This document shows, one piece after another, positions 29,925 to 40,813 of a stretch of DNA of 64,000 bases (the stretch's first letter is position 1; each line of letters starts with the position of its first letter). A program made the position numbers and the translations under genes. The notes beneath the pieces were generated by a model. That model made no database searches. It saw only the letters and a list, made by a program, of their open reading frames with translations, and was not told the origin of the DNA. The DNA comes from Synergistales bacterium (lineage in GTDB: Bacteria > Synergistota > Synergistia > Synergistales > JAFGMB01): the NCBI GenBank assembly GCA_963666205.1, contig OY762654.1:128001-192000 (forward strand), in the 5' to 3' direction.

Positions 29925-30237
29925 AACTATCTACCTCTTGCCTGTGACTTAATATCTCAAATTCTGAATCTGATTCGAGTCTTTCTACAAATGCATATAT
30001 CAGACTCATACGCCTGTTTACCATTGCCACTGTTGTTCCAACCCCTGAAAAGGCCAGTAGCGCTTGAGATCGAGATCCTGACGGCCCCAGATCCATAGCA
30101 GAAACGTTCCATCTTTTTATTACCCTGTCAATGATGGAACGTACTACCTGTCTTCTATCTTTAAGACTCCTGCTAAAACTGATCCTTATGTTAATGATCA
30201 GTAAGCCTACATATGGAGTAATTTCCTGATGGATCAT
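29842..30237 (-). CDS. DUF503 (YlxP-like) protein
   Basis: SLKDRRQVVRSI and NVS motifs; lies between infB and rbfA. Confidence 0.8.
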   Translation of the reverse strand: MIHQEITPYVGLLIINIRISFSRSLKDRRQVVRSIIDRVIKRWNVSAMDLGPSGSRSQALLAFSGVGTTVAMVNRRMSLIYAFVERLESDSEFEILSHRQEVDSYDDFSYAENQQTDSEGDFSAFRVQDQE

Positions 30238-32213
30238 TATTCCAGATATCTCTTCTCCTCTACCAGTTCATAGGCTTCAATTATGTCTCCCTCTTTAAAA
30301 TCCTGGAAGTTATAAAGACTTATGCCACATTCGTATCCAGCAGCTACTTCCTTGGCATCATCCTTAAACCTTCTGAGGTTAGAAAGAGTGCCCTGCCATG
30401 AAACGATGCCATTACGAATGATTCGTACCTTGGAATTCCGGCGTATGACACCATCAATGACATAACAACCAGCAATCTTGCCAGCTTTGGGTATCTTGAA
30501 TACTTCCCGGATTTCTGCCTGTCCGGTAATCTCTTCCCTTACAAGAGGTTTCAACATACCTTCAAGAGCTGCAGTAATGTCATCTATGACATCATAGATG
30601 ACATCATAAGTTCTTATCTGAACTCCTTCACATTCAGCCAGTTTTTTTGCTTTCGAATCAGGTCTGACATTAAAAGCAATAATAATAGCATTAGAGGCAG
30701 TTGCCAGCATGACATCAGATTCGGAAATGCGTCCTACGCCTTTATGTATAAATGTCATTCCGACTTCATTGGTAGCCAGCTTCTGTAACGATGACTCAAG
30801 TGCTTCTACAGACCCCTGTACATCACATTTCAGGACAAGATTAAGTTGCGGAACTACTCCTTCCTGCATCTGAACATACAGCTCTTCAAGAGTAAGTCTT
30901 TTAACATTTCCACATTCTTCCTGTCGCCGTTCCTGATCTTTTTGAGAAATTGCATCGCGAGCGATCTTTTCATTGTCAACTCTGGTAAAAGCTTCGCCTG
31001 GTTGTGGTACCCCATTGAGACCAAGAAGTTCTACCGGAGTGCTTGGGCCAGCTACTTTAATCTGGTTGCCCTGGTAATCGAGCATAGCCCTTATCTTACC
31101 CCATGTAGTATCTAGAAGAAGAATATCTCCCTGGTTCAGAGTACCTTGTTTTACTATCACTGTGGCAACAGGCCCTTTGCCCTTATCGAGTTTAGCTTCG
31201 ATAACTATACCCTCTGGCGCGATACCCGCATCAGCTTTGAGTTCTTCTACTTCTGCTACAAGGAGGATCATTTCAAGGAGGTGATCAACGCCCAGCCCGC
31301 TTTTAGCTGAAACATCGACCATTATGGTATCTCCACCCCATTCTTCAGGGGTCAGACCATGGTCTGAAAGTTGTTGTCTTACCCTGTCTGGTCTCGCATT
31401 TGGTTTGTCTATTTTATTCACAGCGACTACTATAGGTACTCCTGCCGCCTTGGCATGATTGATCGCTTCCAGAGTCTGAGGCATTACTCCATCATCTGCG
31501 GCCACCACAAGAATAGCAATATCAGTGACCTGTGTACCTCTAGCTCTCATAGAAGTAAAAGCTTCATGTCCAGGAGTGTCTAGAAAAACAATTTCCTTCT
31601 CTTCAAGAAAAACCTTTGAAGCTCCTATGTGCTGGGTGATACCGCCAGCTTCCCTGGATGTAATATTTGTATCCCTTATAAAATCAAGCAGGGTTGTTTT
31701 TCCATGGTCAACATGTCCCATAACTGTAACAATTGGTGAGCGGGGCTGAAGGTTATTGCCCTTAAATACCGTCCGTTTCATTTTGGGAGTCTCTTCACTT
31801 TGTTCTACAACTGCATTAACAAGATCGAAGTCTTTACAGAAGGCTTCTGAAAGAACCAGTAATATTTCCTCATTGACCGAGGCGCTTGCAGGGACCATGA
31901 ACCCAGCATCCACAAGTTCTTTAACTGCTTCAGCAGGTGTAACACCAAGCATTTCTGAAACATCTCTTACAGTCGAACCTTTTGTAACTTTCAAAACCTC
32001 AATCGTAGCAGTCTGTCTCGGTCTTGTCTTTTTTTCTGCTGTTTCATCCGGCGTTTCAGATCGAACAGTATCTTCGACAAGTTGGGCAGTTTCAGTATCG
32101 ATGGAACTCATATGAGTCTTTACGTCTACACCAAGATCATGGAGCATCAGTAAAAGTTCTCTGTTTGATTTACCTAACATCTTTGCCAGTTCGTAGACAC
32201 GAATTTTACTCAA
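30237..32213 (-). CDS. infB: Translation initiation factor IF-2
   Basis: [20 protein letters not shown] and NKID; TTG 32213 behind GGAGG. Confidence 0.97.
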   Translation of the reverse strand: MSKIRVYELAKMLGKSNRELLLMLHDLGVDVKTHMSSIDTETAQLVEDTVRSETPDETAEKKTRPRQTATIEVLKVTKGSTVRDVSEMLGVTPAEAVKELVDAGFMVPASASVNEEILLVLSEAFCKDFDLVNAVVEQSEETPKMKRTVFKGNNLQPRSPIVTVMGHVDHGKTTLLDFIRDTNITSREAGGITQHIGASKVFLEEKEIVFLDTPGHEAFTSMRARGTQVTDIAILVVAADDGVMPQTLEAINHAKAAGVPIVVAVNKIDKPNARPDRVRQQLSDHGLTPEEWGGDTIMVDVSAKSGLGVDHLLEMILLVAEVEELKADAGIAPEGIVIEAKLDKGKGPVATVIVKQGTLNQGDILLLDTTWGKIRAMLDYQGNQIKVAGPSTPVELLGLNGVPQPGEAFTRVDNEKIARDAISQKDQERRQEECGNVKRLTLEELYVQMQEGVVPQLNLVLKCDVQGSVEALESSLQKLATNEVGMTFIHKGVGRISESDVMLATASNAIIIAFNVRPDSKAKKLAECEGVQIRTYDVIYDVIDDITAALEGMLKPLVREEITGQAEIREVFKIPKAGKIAGCYVIDGVIRRNSKVRIIRNGIVSWQGTLSNLRRFKDDAKEVAAGYECGISLYNFQDFKEGDIIEAYELVEEKRYLE

Positions 32214-32565
32214 AGGCATCTCCTCCCTCTGATGCAAGCTGAAGCAGTTTTTTGTAAAAACCAGAAGATCGCTCTACTGCAACAACCTGGGTGTTATTCA
32301 CCCCTAAAGACTGTGATAAACAATTTCTGTCACAATCTTCCAGAATTATTATCTTACATTGGCCTCTATCATGATACCCTGCCAGTGATCGTAAAACATT
32401 CAATGAATGATCATCGGCAAGGAGGATCAGGAGGTATTTCTTTTTTACAAGTTCTGATCTTATACGATCAAGTCCCATTACAAGCCCCCGAGCTCTTCGA
32501 ACCATTCCAAGAAAGGGAACAAGAGACTGTGTACTGTTAGCTGATATTCTTATGAAATCTGCCAT
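32206..32565 (-). CDS. L7Ae-family RNA-binding protein (YlxQ-like)
   Basis: FLGMVRRARGLVMG, LILLADD.S and LSQSLG; lies between ylxR and infB. Confidence 0.7.
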   Translation of the reverse strand: MADFIRISANSTQSLVPFLGMVRRARGLVMGLDRIRSELVKKKYLLILLADDHSLNVLRSLAGYHDRGQCKIIILEDCDRNCLSQSLGVNNTQVVAVERSSGFYKKLLQLASEGGDAFE

Positions 32566-32830
32566 TGTTCTTTTCCAGTAGAACCAGAATCTCTTCATAG
32601 ATCCCCGGATCGACCCTGACCTTCAATGCCCTGGAAAGACAATCCTTTTTTCGGGCGAGTTCGATACATTCTATGTCGATACATAGATATGCACCCCTTC
32701 CCTCTTTTTTGCCCATTGGATCAATGATGATTTCACCTGTAGGGGTACGGACGACCCTCAACATAGCTTTCTTGGGAGATTCACATCGACAGGCTACGCA
32801 AGTCCTCGGTCTTTTCCGTTTGCCTGTCAA
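32537..32830 (-). CDS. rnpM: YlxR/DUF448 RNase P modulator
   Basis: PRTCVAC, RVVRT and GRGAYLC. Confidence 0.88.
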   Translation of the reverse strand: MTGKRKRPRTCVACRCESPKKAMLRVVRTPTGEIIIDPMGKKEGRGAYLCIDIECIELARKKDCLSRALKVRVDPGIYEEILVLLEKNNGRFHKNIS

Positions 32831-32834
32831 ATTC

Positions 32835-33932
32835 TTATTCTCCCTCAGGAATTATATCGTGAAATATATCTGATAGTGTGGGCATCCTTTCCGGTTCCAG
32901 AGCATTAATATCAATTTTCCATCCTGTAAGTCTCGCGGCAAGTCTTACATTCTGTCCTGCCTTTCCTATTGCAAGAGACAACTGATCTGGACGGGCATAG
33001 ACTTTAACCGCCTGTTCCTGTTCAAGCATCGGTTCTACCTTGAGGATCTTGGCAGGCGACAGAGCGTTCCTTATAAACTGAAGCGGATCAGTACTCCAGA
33101 TTATGACATCGATTTTTTCATTTGCAAGTTCCTGGCTTATCGATTTGATTCGCGAGCCACTGTTTCCTACACAGGCTCCAACCGGATCCACATTGGGATC
33201 AAGAGATACTACAGCCATTTTGGCTCTTGCTCCAGCTTCACGAACAATACCTTTAATTTCTATTACGTTTTCCCTGATCTCTGGAATTTCAAGTTCAAGA
33301 AGTTTCCTCAAAAGCCCAGGATGTGTCCTTGATACAACTATTCTGGGTCCTCTTGTGGTCTGTCGAACATCCAGGAGATAGAATTTCATTCTTTCTCCTG
33401 GAATATAATCTTCCCCAATAATACGTTCTTCCTTTGGAAGAATGGCTTCTGTTCGGTCATTGAGCCTTACAAGTACCTGGTCATTCTCTGCTTTAAAAAC
33501 TATACCAGTAACCAGATCCCCAACCCGACCTGCAAATTCCTCAAAGATAATTTGCCTTTCTGCATCTTTAAGCCGCTGAATGATAACCTGCCGGGCTGTT
33601 TGTGCTGCAATTCGGCCAAAGTTTTCTGGATTTGCCTCTATACGGAGAATATCCCCAAGATCCACATCCGGGAAATTTGCTTCATCGACATCTGCAAGGG
33701 TTATTTCAGTATCACGGTTTTCAATCTCATTGACAATAGTTCGCACTTCGTATATAGAAATCGTCCCGTTGTTGAGATCAATAAAAACCTCAACATTCTG
33801 ATTTCCACCTTTGTATTTTCGATATGCGGAAATCAGGGCTGCCTCCAGACTGGATGAAATAACTTCTTCCGGAAGACCTCGTTCACTTGTTAGCTGTTTC
33901 AAAGCACGGACAAAATCACGCCCAAGCTGCAT
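32835..33932 (-). CDS. nusA: Transcription termination factor NusA
   Basis: FGRIAAQTARQ, DPVGACVG and SLAIGKAGQNVRLA. Confidence 0.97.
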   Translation of the reverse strand: MQLGRDFVRALKQLTSERGLPEEVISSSLEAALISAYRKYKGGNQNVEVFIDLNNGTISIYEVRTIVNEIENRDTEITLADVDEANFPDVDLGDILRIEANPENFGRIAAQTARQVIIQRLKDAERQIIFEEFAGRVGDLVTGIVFKAENDQVLVRLNDRTEAILPKEERIIGEDYIPGERMKFYLLDVRQTTRGPRIVVSRTHPGLLRKLLELEIPEIRENVIEIKGIVREAGARAKMAVVSLDPNVDPVGACVGNSGSRIKSISQELANEKIDVIIWSTDPLQFIRNALSPAKILKVEPMLEQEQAVKVYARPDQLSLAIGKAGQNVRLAARLTGWKIDINALEPERMPTLSDIFHDIIPEGE

Positions 33933-33967
33933 TACGCATCCTCCTTCTATTGTTATTTACAGACACG

Positions 33968-34459
33968 TTAATTCTGTTTTTCAAAAAGATCACCTTGAAA
34001 TACAATATTTCCTTTTAAAATATCTCCAAAAGGGATGTTATGTATTTCACCATTTTCATCTTCGAGATGGATGACACCTTCAGAGATACCTGACAGTGTT
34101 CCTTTAAATTTACGTTGGCCTTTTACAGATGCTTTAAGCCGTATCTTAACCAGTTTACCGTGGTATTTTTCGTAATCAATGAGTTGGAAAAGAGGCCGGT
34201 TCAGACCTGGAGAACTAACTTCAAGGAAGAATCGTTCATCAGGAACAATTTCATCTTCATCAATAAATCGGCTGATCTTTTTTGATACTGATTCACAATC
34301 CCTTACTATAATCCCACCAAGTGAATCTATATAAACCCTAAGAACGCTTCTACCACTTTCCTGGTCAAATTCAAGCCCTACGAACTCATATCCAAGGGAA
34401 TTCACGATTTTTTCTACATTCTCTTCCAGATGTTCTTTGACTGTTTTTTTACGCTGCAA
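33968..34459 (-). CDS. rimP: Ribosome maturation factor RimP
   Basis: LRVYID, DC..VS and LEVSSPG..RPL. TTG 34459 (or ATG 34468) near GGAGG; the ORF-track extension to 34570 runs through the leader. Confidence 0.92.
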   Translation of the reverse strand: MQRKKTVKEHLEENVEKIVNSLGYEFVGLEFDQESGRSVLRVYIDSLGGIIVRDCESVSKKISRFIDEDEIVPDERFFLEVSSPGLNRPLFQLIDYEKYHGKLVKIRLKASVKGQRKFKGTLSGISEGVIHLEDENGEIHNIPFGDILKGNIVFQGDLFEKQN

Positions 34460-34491
34460 AGGATACATCCCTCCATCAAAAGATCTTTCTA

Positions 34492-34527
34492 CAAAAAACA
34501 AAGAGTGGGATGAACCCACTCTTTGTT
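34492..34527 (-). promoter_or_regulatory. rimP leader attenuator hairpin
   Basis: 13-bp stem aacaaagagtggg-ttcat-cccactctttgtt with a T-tract, between the promoter and the rimP RBS. Confidence 0.8.
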
Positions 34528-34556
34528 GAAAGATTCTTCGCGCGGTAAACGTGGTT

Positions 34557-34586
34557 AGTATATCACGCACTACTGTTAAAAGACAA
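34557..34586 (-). promoter_or_regulatory. Promoter of the rimP-nusA-infB operon
   Basis: TTGTCT-18 nt-TATACT with an extended TG. Confidence 0.65.
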
Positions 34587-34612
34587 GTCCCCTTAAAGGG
34601 GAGCCAGAAAGC

Positions 34613-36085
34613 TTATTCTACCCAATAATTTGGAGCTTCCTTGGTTATAACTACATCATGAGGATGGCTTTCCTTTACACCTGCTGAACTGATCTTGACA
34701 AAGGTCGATTCTTCCTGAAGAACCTTTATATTCTGAGCACCAACGTACCCCATTCCTGCTCTTAGTCCTCCTGCCATCTGGTAAACTACACCGGACAGAG
34801 ATCCTTTGTGAGGAGCAAGTCCTTCTATGCCCTCGGGAACAAGTTTTTCTGAAGTTACATTTTCCTGAAAATATCGATCCTTACTACACCCTTCCTTCAT
34901 AGCACCGAGAGAACCCATACCCCGATAACTCTTGAAAGATCGCCCCCTGTATAGAACAACCTCACCTGGACTTTCCTCTGTCCCGGCAAACAATGAACCG
35001 ATCATTACAGAATCTGCTCCAGCTGCCATCGCTTTAACAATATCTCCGGAAAAACGTATCCCTCCATCTGCGATTACTGTTCTACCCAGTTTATGAGCGG
35101 CTTGTGAGACTCTCATTATGGCAGTAAGTTGTGGAACTCCTATCCCTGCTACAACCCTGGTTGTACAAATGGATCCGGGTCCCACCCCTACTTTTACAGC
35201 ATCGGCACCAGCTTTGATAAGGGACTCTGCTGCTGCTGCTGTAGCTATATTCCCAGCAATGATAGATAGTTCTGGATAAATTCTACGAACTTCAGCAACA
35301 GTATCCAGAACCTTTTGTGAATGGCCATGGGCTGTGTCAATCGTTATGACATCGATACCTGCTTTAACCAGTGCTTCAACTCTTTCAAAGGTATCATGAC
35401 CAGTTCCGACGGCAGCACCGACTCTCAGGCGGCCATGATGGTCTTTTGATGCGTTGGGGAAATCCTTGACCTTCTGAATATCCTTTATGGTGATAAGTCC
35501 CTTTAATCTCATATTCTCATCAACAATGGGAAGTTTTTCGATTTTATGCTTCATCAGTATCTGCTTGGCGTCATCAAGACTGGTACCAGCAGCGGCTGTT
35601 ATAAGGTTGTCAATTGTCATGACATCGCAAATATTCTGTTCATAATCAGTTACAAATCTTAAGTCCCTGTTAGTGATTATACCTACAAGTTTCATGTCGT
35701 GATCGACAATAGGTACACCTGAAATATGATAGTGGGACATTAGAGAAACTGCCTGACTAACGTTATCTTCCGGATGAAGATAAAAGGGATCTACTATAAC
35801 TCCTGATTCTGATCGTTTGACCTGATCAACCTGGTTTGTCTGTCTTTCTATGTCCATATTACGGTGTAAGATTCCTATTCCGCCTTCCCTGGCAATTGCT
35901 ATAGCAAGTCTTGCTTCTGTTACTGTATCCATAGCAGCACTGCAAATAGGAAGGTTCATCGGGATCTTCGGTGTCAGCCTTGTGCTCAGTTCTACTTCAG
36001 CGGGGATAACCTGGCTGTAACCAGGAACAAGCAAAACATCATCGAAAGTCAGACCCTCATAGTCTACGAAACGGGAGTTATCCAT
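34613..36085 (-). CDS. guaB: Inosine-5'-monophosphate dehydrogenase
   Basis: [11 protein letters not shown] pair, GPGSICTTR and YRGMGS. Confidence 0.97.
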   Translation of the reverse strand: MDNSRFVDYEGLTFDDVLLVPGYSQVIPAEVELSTRLTPKIPMNLPICSAAMDTVTEARLAIAIAREGGIGILHRNMDIERQTNQVDQVKRSESGVIVDPFYLHPEDNVSQAVSLMSHYHISGVPIVDHDMKLVGIITNRDLRFVTDYEQNICDVMTIDNLITAAAGTSLDDAKQILMKHKIEKLPIVDENMRLKGLITIKDIQKVKDFPNASKDHHGRLRVGAAVGTGHDTFERVEALVKAGIDVITIDTAHGHSQKVLDTVAEVRRIYPELSIIAGNIATAAAAESLIKAGADAVKVGVGPGSICTTRVVAGIGVPQLTAIMRVSQAAHKLGRTVIADGGIRFSGDIVKAMAAGADSVMIGSLFAGTEESPGEVVLYRGRSFKSYRGMGSLGAMKEGCSKDRYFQENVTSEKLVPEGIEGLAPHKGSLSGVVYQMAGGLRAGMGYVGAQNIKVLQEESTFVKISSAGVKESHPHDVVITKEAPNYWVE

Positions 36086-36234
36086 CTTAACTGCACCTCC
36101 AGGGGCTTTAAAGGCTTCAGGACCAGAATGATCCGTTTGATTCCTGCATTCGCGAATTAACCGACAGCTTCAACGTATGTGAAACCAGAAGAATTGGATT
36201 CGTTTTAAAAGATTCGTGGAAAAGTATTTGATAG

Positions 36235-36263
36235 ATTGTATGTCTTCTCACTTATAATGGCAA
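36235..36263 (-). promoter_or_regulatory. Putative guaB promoter
   Basis: TTGCCA-17 nt-TACAAT. Confidence 0.65.
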
Positions 36264-36281
36264 GCATTAAAACCAGGAATG

Positions 36282-37505
36282 TTAGATACCCGTTTCATTT
36301 GGACAAAACCATTGGCTGCCCTCTAAAGAGTGTTTTGCTTCTGAAAGTCTTGCGAGGGTTGCCACTGCGTAACACTTTATGCATTCAAGATTTCCCACTG
36401 CCCCGGTCATCTCTCCAGACTTTACCTTGATATTAAGAGGCAGGTTTTTGAGATCTCCCCCTGTTATCAGAGATCCAATATTGATCTTCATCTGATCCAG
36501 GTATCCGGCAAGTCTTGGTTTCTGTGCATTTATCACTATGTCAATCCATTGAACAGTCCAACCATTTCTGTCTACTTTGTCAATTACATTAGCCAGGAGC
36601 ACCATGCTGTCTGCATTTGCATAAATTTCATCGCTGTCGGGAAAGAGAGTTCCTATATCAGGAAGTCCTGCAGCACCAAGAATGGCATCAGATATGGCAT
36701 GGGCAACTACGTCACCATCTGAATGTCCCTGGAGTCCTAAAGGAAAATCATGTAACTGAACCCCTGCAAGGATCAGTTTCTTTCCTGGAACCAGGGGGTG
36801 AATATCAAAGCCGAAGCCTGTTCGAACTCCACTTGTCGATGCTGCAATCATTGATGCCATAACCCAATCCTTTTCATATGTTATCTTAAAATTAAGAGGA
36901 TCTCCCTCGACCATGTTAAGATGCCTTCCTTCATTGACCCAGGCTTCTGCTTCATCATTGACATTCACGTTAGACCTTTGAAGAACATGCAGGATCTTTT
37001 CTCTGCAGAACGACTGGGGAGTCTGGGTAATTACAAAAGAGCTTCTATCCTCTGGCTGCAAGGTATTATGGGACGGTGATACTTTCTTCAGGGCATCTGA
37101 AATCGAGAGGAAGGGAATTGCTCCTTCTTCATGGGTTGTTGATCTGATAAGTTCCTGACATGTACTTATTTTCAGAAAAGGTCTTGCTCCATCATGAATC
37201 AGTACAAATTCACCGGAACAGGACTCCAATCCTTTGATAACCGATTCCCGTCTGCTTTTTCCCCCGCATACAAATCTTAGGGGTACTGAAAAGGAATGAA
37301 TAATATTAGAATATTCGAGCAGATCTGTCGCTTCTGGAAACACCACCACAGATTCATGTATCAGATCAAGAGCATGGAGACTTTCGGAAACCTTTACTGA
37401 CCAAATCCACAAGGGATAACCCTGGAGTTCTCTAAATTGTTTTGGAGTACCTCCAATCCTTGATCCTGTACCACCTGCTGCGATCAAGAATGAGAAACGT
37501 TTCAT
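36282..37505 (-). CDS. ispDF: Bifunctional IspD/IspF (MEP pathway)
   Basis: IspD: AAGG.GSR...PKQF, HDGARP, KIT..D. IspF: GFDIH, GHSDGD..HA..DA.LGA, DIG..FP. Confidence 0.93.
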   Translation of the reverse strand: MKRFSFLIAAGGTGSRIGGTPKQFRELQGYPLWIWSVKVSESLHALDLIHESVVVFPEATDLLEYSNIIHSFSVPLRFVCGGKSRRESVIKGLESCSGEFVLIHDGARPFLKISTCQELIRSTTHEEGAIPFLSISDALKKVSPSHNTLQPEDRSSFVITQTPQSFCREKILHVLQRSNVNVNDEAEAWVNEGRHLNMVEGDPLNFKITYEKDWVMASMIAASTSGVRTGFGFDIHPLVPGKKLILAGVQLHDFPLGLQGHSDGDVVAHAISDAILGAAGLPDIGTLFPDSDEIYANADSMVLLANVIDKVDRNGWTVQWIDIVINAQKPRLAGYLDQMKINIGSLITGGDLKNLPLNIKVKSGEMTGAVGNLECIKCYAVATLARLSEAKHSLEGSQWFCPNETGI

Positions 37506-38668
37506 GATCTTACTTCTCTTCTGATCTTCCCAAAAACCATTCTGCCAGCAGATGTCTGAAGCATGGATGTAACGACAACCTCTACCCTTTTGCCAATAAA
37601 GTTTTCTCCATCCTCCACAACAAGCATAGTTCCGTCATCCAGGTAACCAACCCCCTGGTGGATCTCTTTCCCTTCCCTTATAACATCTACTGTTATAGTT
37701 TCACCAGGTAGAAGCATTGGTTTCAGTGCATTTGCAAGGTCATTAACATTAAGAACAGAAATACCCTGGATCTGTGCTATCTTGTTTAGATTATAATCTG
37801 TCGTGAGAATATCAGCATCAATTTTTAGAGCGAGAGCTACAAGTCCTTCATCAACAGATCCCACTTTAAGATCTTTCAGGTTTTCTTCAAATATTTCGAT
37901 GTTCAATCCAGTAATATCCTGTAGAGCGTTGACAACATCAAGACCTCTTCTGCCCCTGGTCCTTCTTGCAGGGTCTGTAGAATCTGCAACAGCCTGAAGT
38001 TCAATCAGGATGAACCTTGGAAGTATCAGAATTCCTTCAAGAAACCCGGTTCGGGCAATATCCAGTATTCTTCCATCAATAATTACGCTGGTATCGAGGA
38101 TCTTTCGTCTGGCATGGCGATCAAGATCAAGGAGTGTTTCTGCCTTTGAATGGTTATGATGCTTTCCTTTAAGATTCTGTAGCCTTTCTTTCAGGCCAAA
38201 AAATGGAGATAGAACCCCTCTGATATCCTGTTGTCTCTTCAGAACAAGCCTGGCCCCGACGTATCCCAGGACAACATTCAGAAACACTGCTATATAGCTG
38301 CCAATCGGGAGATCAGAAAAAGGAAGAGCAATAAGATTTGCAACTAGAAGGCCTATGATTAGTCCCATTGTTGCCGAGGAGATGTCCTGCCAGCTGGTAG
38401 TCTGTAAATGCCGCTCAAATAATGAACTGATAAAGCCTAATCCATTCAGAAACAAAGGTGTCAGAACAAAGCCTACTGATGAAAAAAACAAAACACAAAA
38501 TAACCTGAAAGCTATATCTCCCGGAATCCATGCTATTGTCCATGGGAACCATCCTGATGGAAGATGAGGGAGAAGAAGGCTGCTTATCTGATAACCTGCA
38601 ATCCCTCCCAACAGAATGAGCAACCCGCGAAAAGTAGCTTTCATCATTTTACCAAAATTATCTGCCAT
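37502..38668 (-). CDS. Membrane PIN/TRAM domain protein (YacL-like)
   Basis: N-terminal TMs, LDTSVIIDGRI, GRRGLD and QGVGYLDDGTM. Confidence 0.9.
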   Translation of the reverse strand: MADNFGKMMKATFRGLLILLGGIAGYQISSLLLPHLPSGWFPWTIAWIPGDIAFRLFCVLFFSSVGFVLTPLFLNGLGFISSLFERHLQTTSWQDISSATMGLIIGLLVANLIALPFSDLPIGSYIAVFLNVVLGYVGARLVLKRQQDIRGVLSPFFGLKERLQNLKGKHHNHSKAETLLDLDRHARRKILDTSVIIDGRILDIARTGFLEGILILPRFILIELQAVADSTDPARRTRGRRGLDVVNALQDITGLNIEIFEENLKDLKVGSVDEGLVALALKIDADILTTDYNLNKIAQIQGISVLNVNDLANALKPMLLPGETITVDVIREGKEIHQGVGYLDDGTMLVVEDGENFIGKRVEVVVTSMLQTSAGRMVFGKIRREVRS

Positions 38669-38685
38669 TTAATCACCTCTTTCTA

Positions 38686-39297
38686 TTATTGTGGATATTT
38701 TTGAAGGTTTACCCTCGATTCAAAAGCTGCATGGAGGGTTACTCTGTCGGCAAATTCGATGCTCCCGCCTACGGGAAGTCCATACGCAAGACGGGTTATC
38801 CTCACGTCAGTTCCCTTGAGGTATGATATTATTTCATAAAATGTTAAATCTCCCTCTATCCTGGGATTAGTTGCAATAATAACTTCCTTGACGGGAAGGT
38901 TTATCACCCTTTGTTTAAGTGATCGCAATTTATCCGGGTCAAGTTCTTCATCGTCAAGAGGAGAGACTTTTCCACCCAGTACATGGTAAAGACCATTGTA
39001 AATACCAGCCTGTTCCATGCTGATCAGATCTTCTGCTGTCTCCACAACGCAAAGTAGTGTTCTGTCCCGGAATGGATCATCACAGATCGAACATGGGTCA
39101 ATATCTGTAATATTGCCACATACAGCACAAGGATGAAGTTTACGCCTCACCTCAATAAGGCTTTCAGCCATTGCCAGAGCGAAAGATTCAGGCTGCTGCA
39201 ATACACAAAAAGCCATTCTTCTTGCACTTTTTTCTCCTATTCCCGGAAATCGCTTAAAAACAGAAATCAGCTTTCCTAAGGGTTCAGGTAAAGACAA
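38686..39297 (-). CDS. recR: Recombination mediator RecR
   Basis: PGIGEKSARRMA, C4 zinc finger, Toprim domain, TRLAYGLPVG. Confidence 0.96.
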   Translation of the reverse strand: MSLPEPLGKLISVFKRFPGIGEKSARRMAFCVLQQPESFALAMAESLIEVRRKLHPCAVCGNITDIDPCSICDDPFRDRTLLCVVETAEDLISMEQAGIYNGLYHVLGGKVSPLDDEELDPDKLRSLKQRVINLPVKEVIIATNPRIEGDLTFYEIISYLKGTDVRITRLAYGLPVGGSIEFADRVTLHAAFESRVNLQKYPQ

Positions 39298-39324
39298 GGT
39301 CGGTATTCCTTTATCTTCGGAAGT

Positions 39325-39633
39325 TTACATTAATCCTAATGATCCCAGACCACCAGCTACATTCCCCATTCGTGAATTGGCAAGTTCCCGACTTTTTCTG
39401 AGGGCATCATTGATGGCAGCAAGAACAAGGTCTTCAAGCATTTCCGAATCCTGGGGATCGATGACTTCCCGATCGATCCTTACGGCTTGAATATCACCCT
39501 GCCCATTTGCGATTACTGTAACCATTCCTCCACCGGCATTACCTTCAACTGTTTCTTTAGCCAGTTCTTCCTGTATCTTCATCATCTGAGCCTGCATTTT
39601 CTGTGCCTGCTTCATAATATTATTCATTTTCAT
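39325..39633 (-). CDS. YbaB/EbfC nucleoid-associated protein
   Basis: [14 protein letters not shown] and [15 protein letters not shown] 39633 behind AGGAGG. Confidence 0.93.
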   Translation of the reverse strand: MKMNNIMKQAQKMQAQMMKIQEELAKETVEGNAGGGMVTVIANGQGDIQAVRIDREVIDPQDSEMLEDLVLAAINDALRKSRELANSRMGNVAGGLGSLGLM

Positions 39634-39655
39634 TCTGTATATTCCTCCTGTAAGA

Positions 39656-40120
39656 TCAATGATGATAACCTGTACCAGCTTTAATAGTACAGGCCCTGTA
39701 GATCTGTTCTGACAGAAACACCAGGCAAAGCTCATGTGGAAAGGTCATGGTTGATAAAGACAACATTGAATCGGACCTTTTTTTAACCTGGTCTGAGACT
39801 CCAAAAGGTCCACCTATAATGAAGACTAACCTGCCACGGGCTTCTTTGAGTCGTTCTTCCAGCCATTCTGCAAATTCTGAACTGGTTCTGTTGAAACCTT
39901 TATCGTCCAGAAGAACAACATAATCTCTCTCGCGGATTACTCTCAATATGGATTCACCCTCAATATTACGTGTTTTCTCAGGATTTCCTTTTTGAGAAGA
40001 ATCTGCTACAGCTATTAACTCCACATTGAGATAGCGCTTTACTTGTTCCAGATAATAAATTGTCCCATCTCGAAATAATTTATTTTTAGGTTTTCCAACA
40101 GATAAAACAGTTATTTTCAT
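39656..40120 (-). CDS. rlmH: 23S rRNA pseudouridine(1915)-N3 methyltransferase
   Basis: MKI...[16 protein letters not shown] and EQIYRA...YHH; ATG 40120. Confidence 0.94.
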   Translation of the reverse strand: MKITVLSVGKPKNKLFRDGTIYYLEQVKRYLNVELIAVADSSQKGNPEKTRNIEGESILRVIRERDYVVLLDDKGFNRTSSEFAEWLEERLKEARGRLVFIIGGPFGVSDQVKKRSDSMLSLSTMTFPHELCLVFLSEQIYRACTIKAGTGYHH

Positions 40121-40180
40121 TTTACTCCATCCATAGTTTAATTGAAACCTCACTCATGACAGTAGGCCGATATGGTCATA

Positions 40181-40813
40181 TCAGCCTTTTATTTTTTTCT
40201 TTTTACTTATCTTTTTGATGGAATATCTCTCCTGACGTTCTCTCTCGGAGATAACTTCCCGGATATCCGTTTCTTCTTTTTTAAGACCTGGAAGAAAGGT
40301 GTACTCAAGGGTATTTATTCTGAGCATAGTCTTACTTAGTTCTTTTTCCAGGGAAGTAATCTTCGATTTGAGATTTATGTATGGCCACAGGATCTTTTCT
40401 GATTGTGATATAGCCATTAGAAGGTCGTCGACATAAAGGGAAGTCAGAGCTGGATCAAAATTAATCCTGATACCCGGCTTTTGTGACATCTCCTTTGGGT
40501 AAAACTGTGAAAAACGACATCCCATAAGGGAAAACTTCTCTATTTTTACAGTTATGCTCGAGGTATCTGGTTTCAGTAACTGAAGCATGGAATGGCCTTC
40601 ATACATTCGGACGAGGGAGTAGGTCAGAGAGATGCGTTTATTTATCTCCCTGAATTCTTTATCCATTTCTCTGAATTTACGACGATCATCCTCAAGAGTT
40701 CTCAGAAGAGCATCTCTTTTCTTTTCGAGCAAGGTTTTCCCGTACTGGACAGTAGTAATCTGCTTGCGTGTTTCCAGAAGATTTTCTCGGGTTGGTGCTT
40801 TACGGTTAGCCAT
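40181..40813 (-). CDS. atpD: V/A-type ATPase subunit D
   Basis: PTRENL, G..LLEKKRDAL, RINTLEY..LP and ERER. Confidence 0.9.
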   Translation of the reverse strand: MANRKAPTRENLLETRKQITTVQYGKTLLEKKRDALLRTLEDDRRKFREMDKEFREINKRISLTYSLVRMYEGHSMLQLLKPDTSSITVKIEKFSLMGCRFSQFYPKEMSQKPGIRINFDPALTSLYVDDLLMAISQSEKILWPYINLKSKITSLEKELSKTMLRINTLEYTFLPGLKKEETDIREVISERERQERYSIKKISKKKKIKG

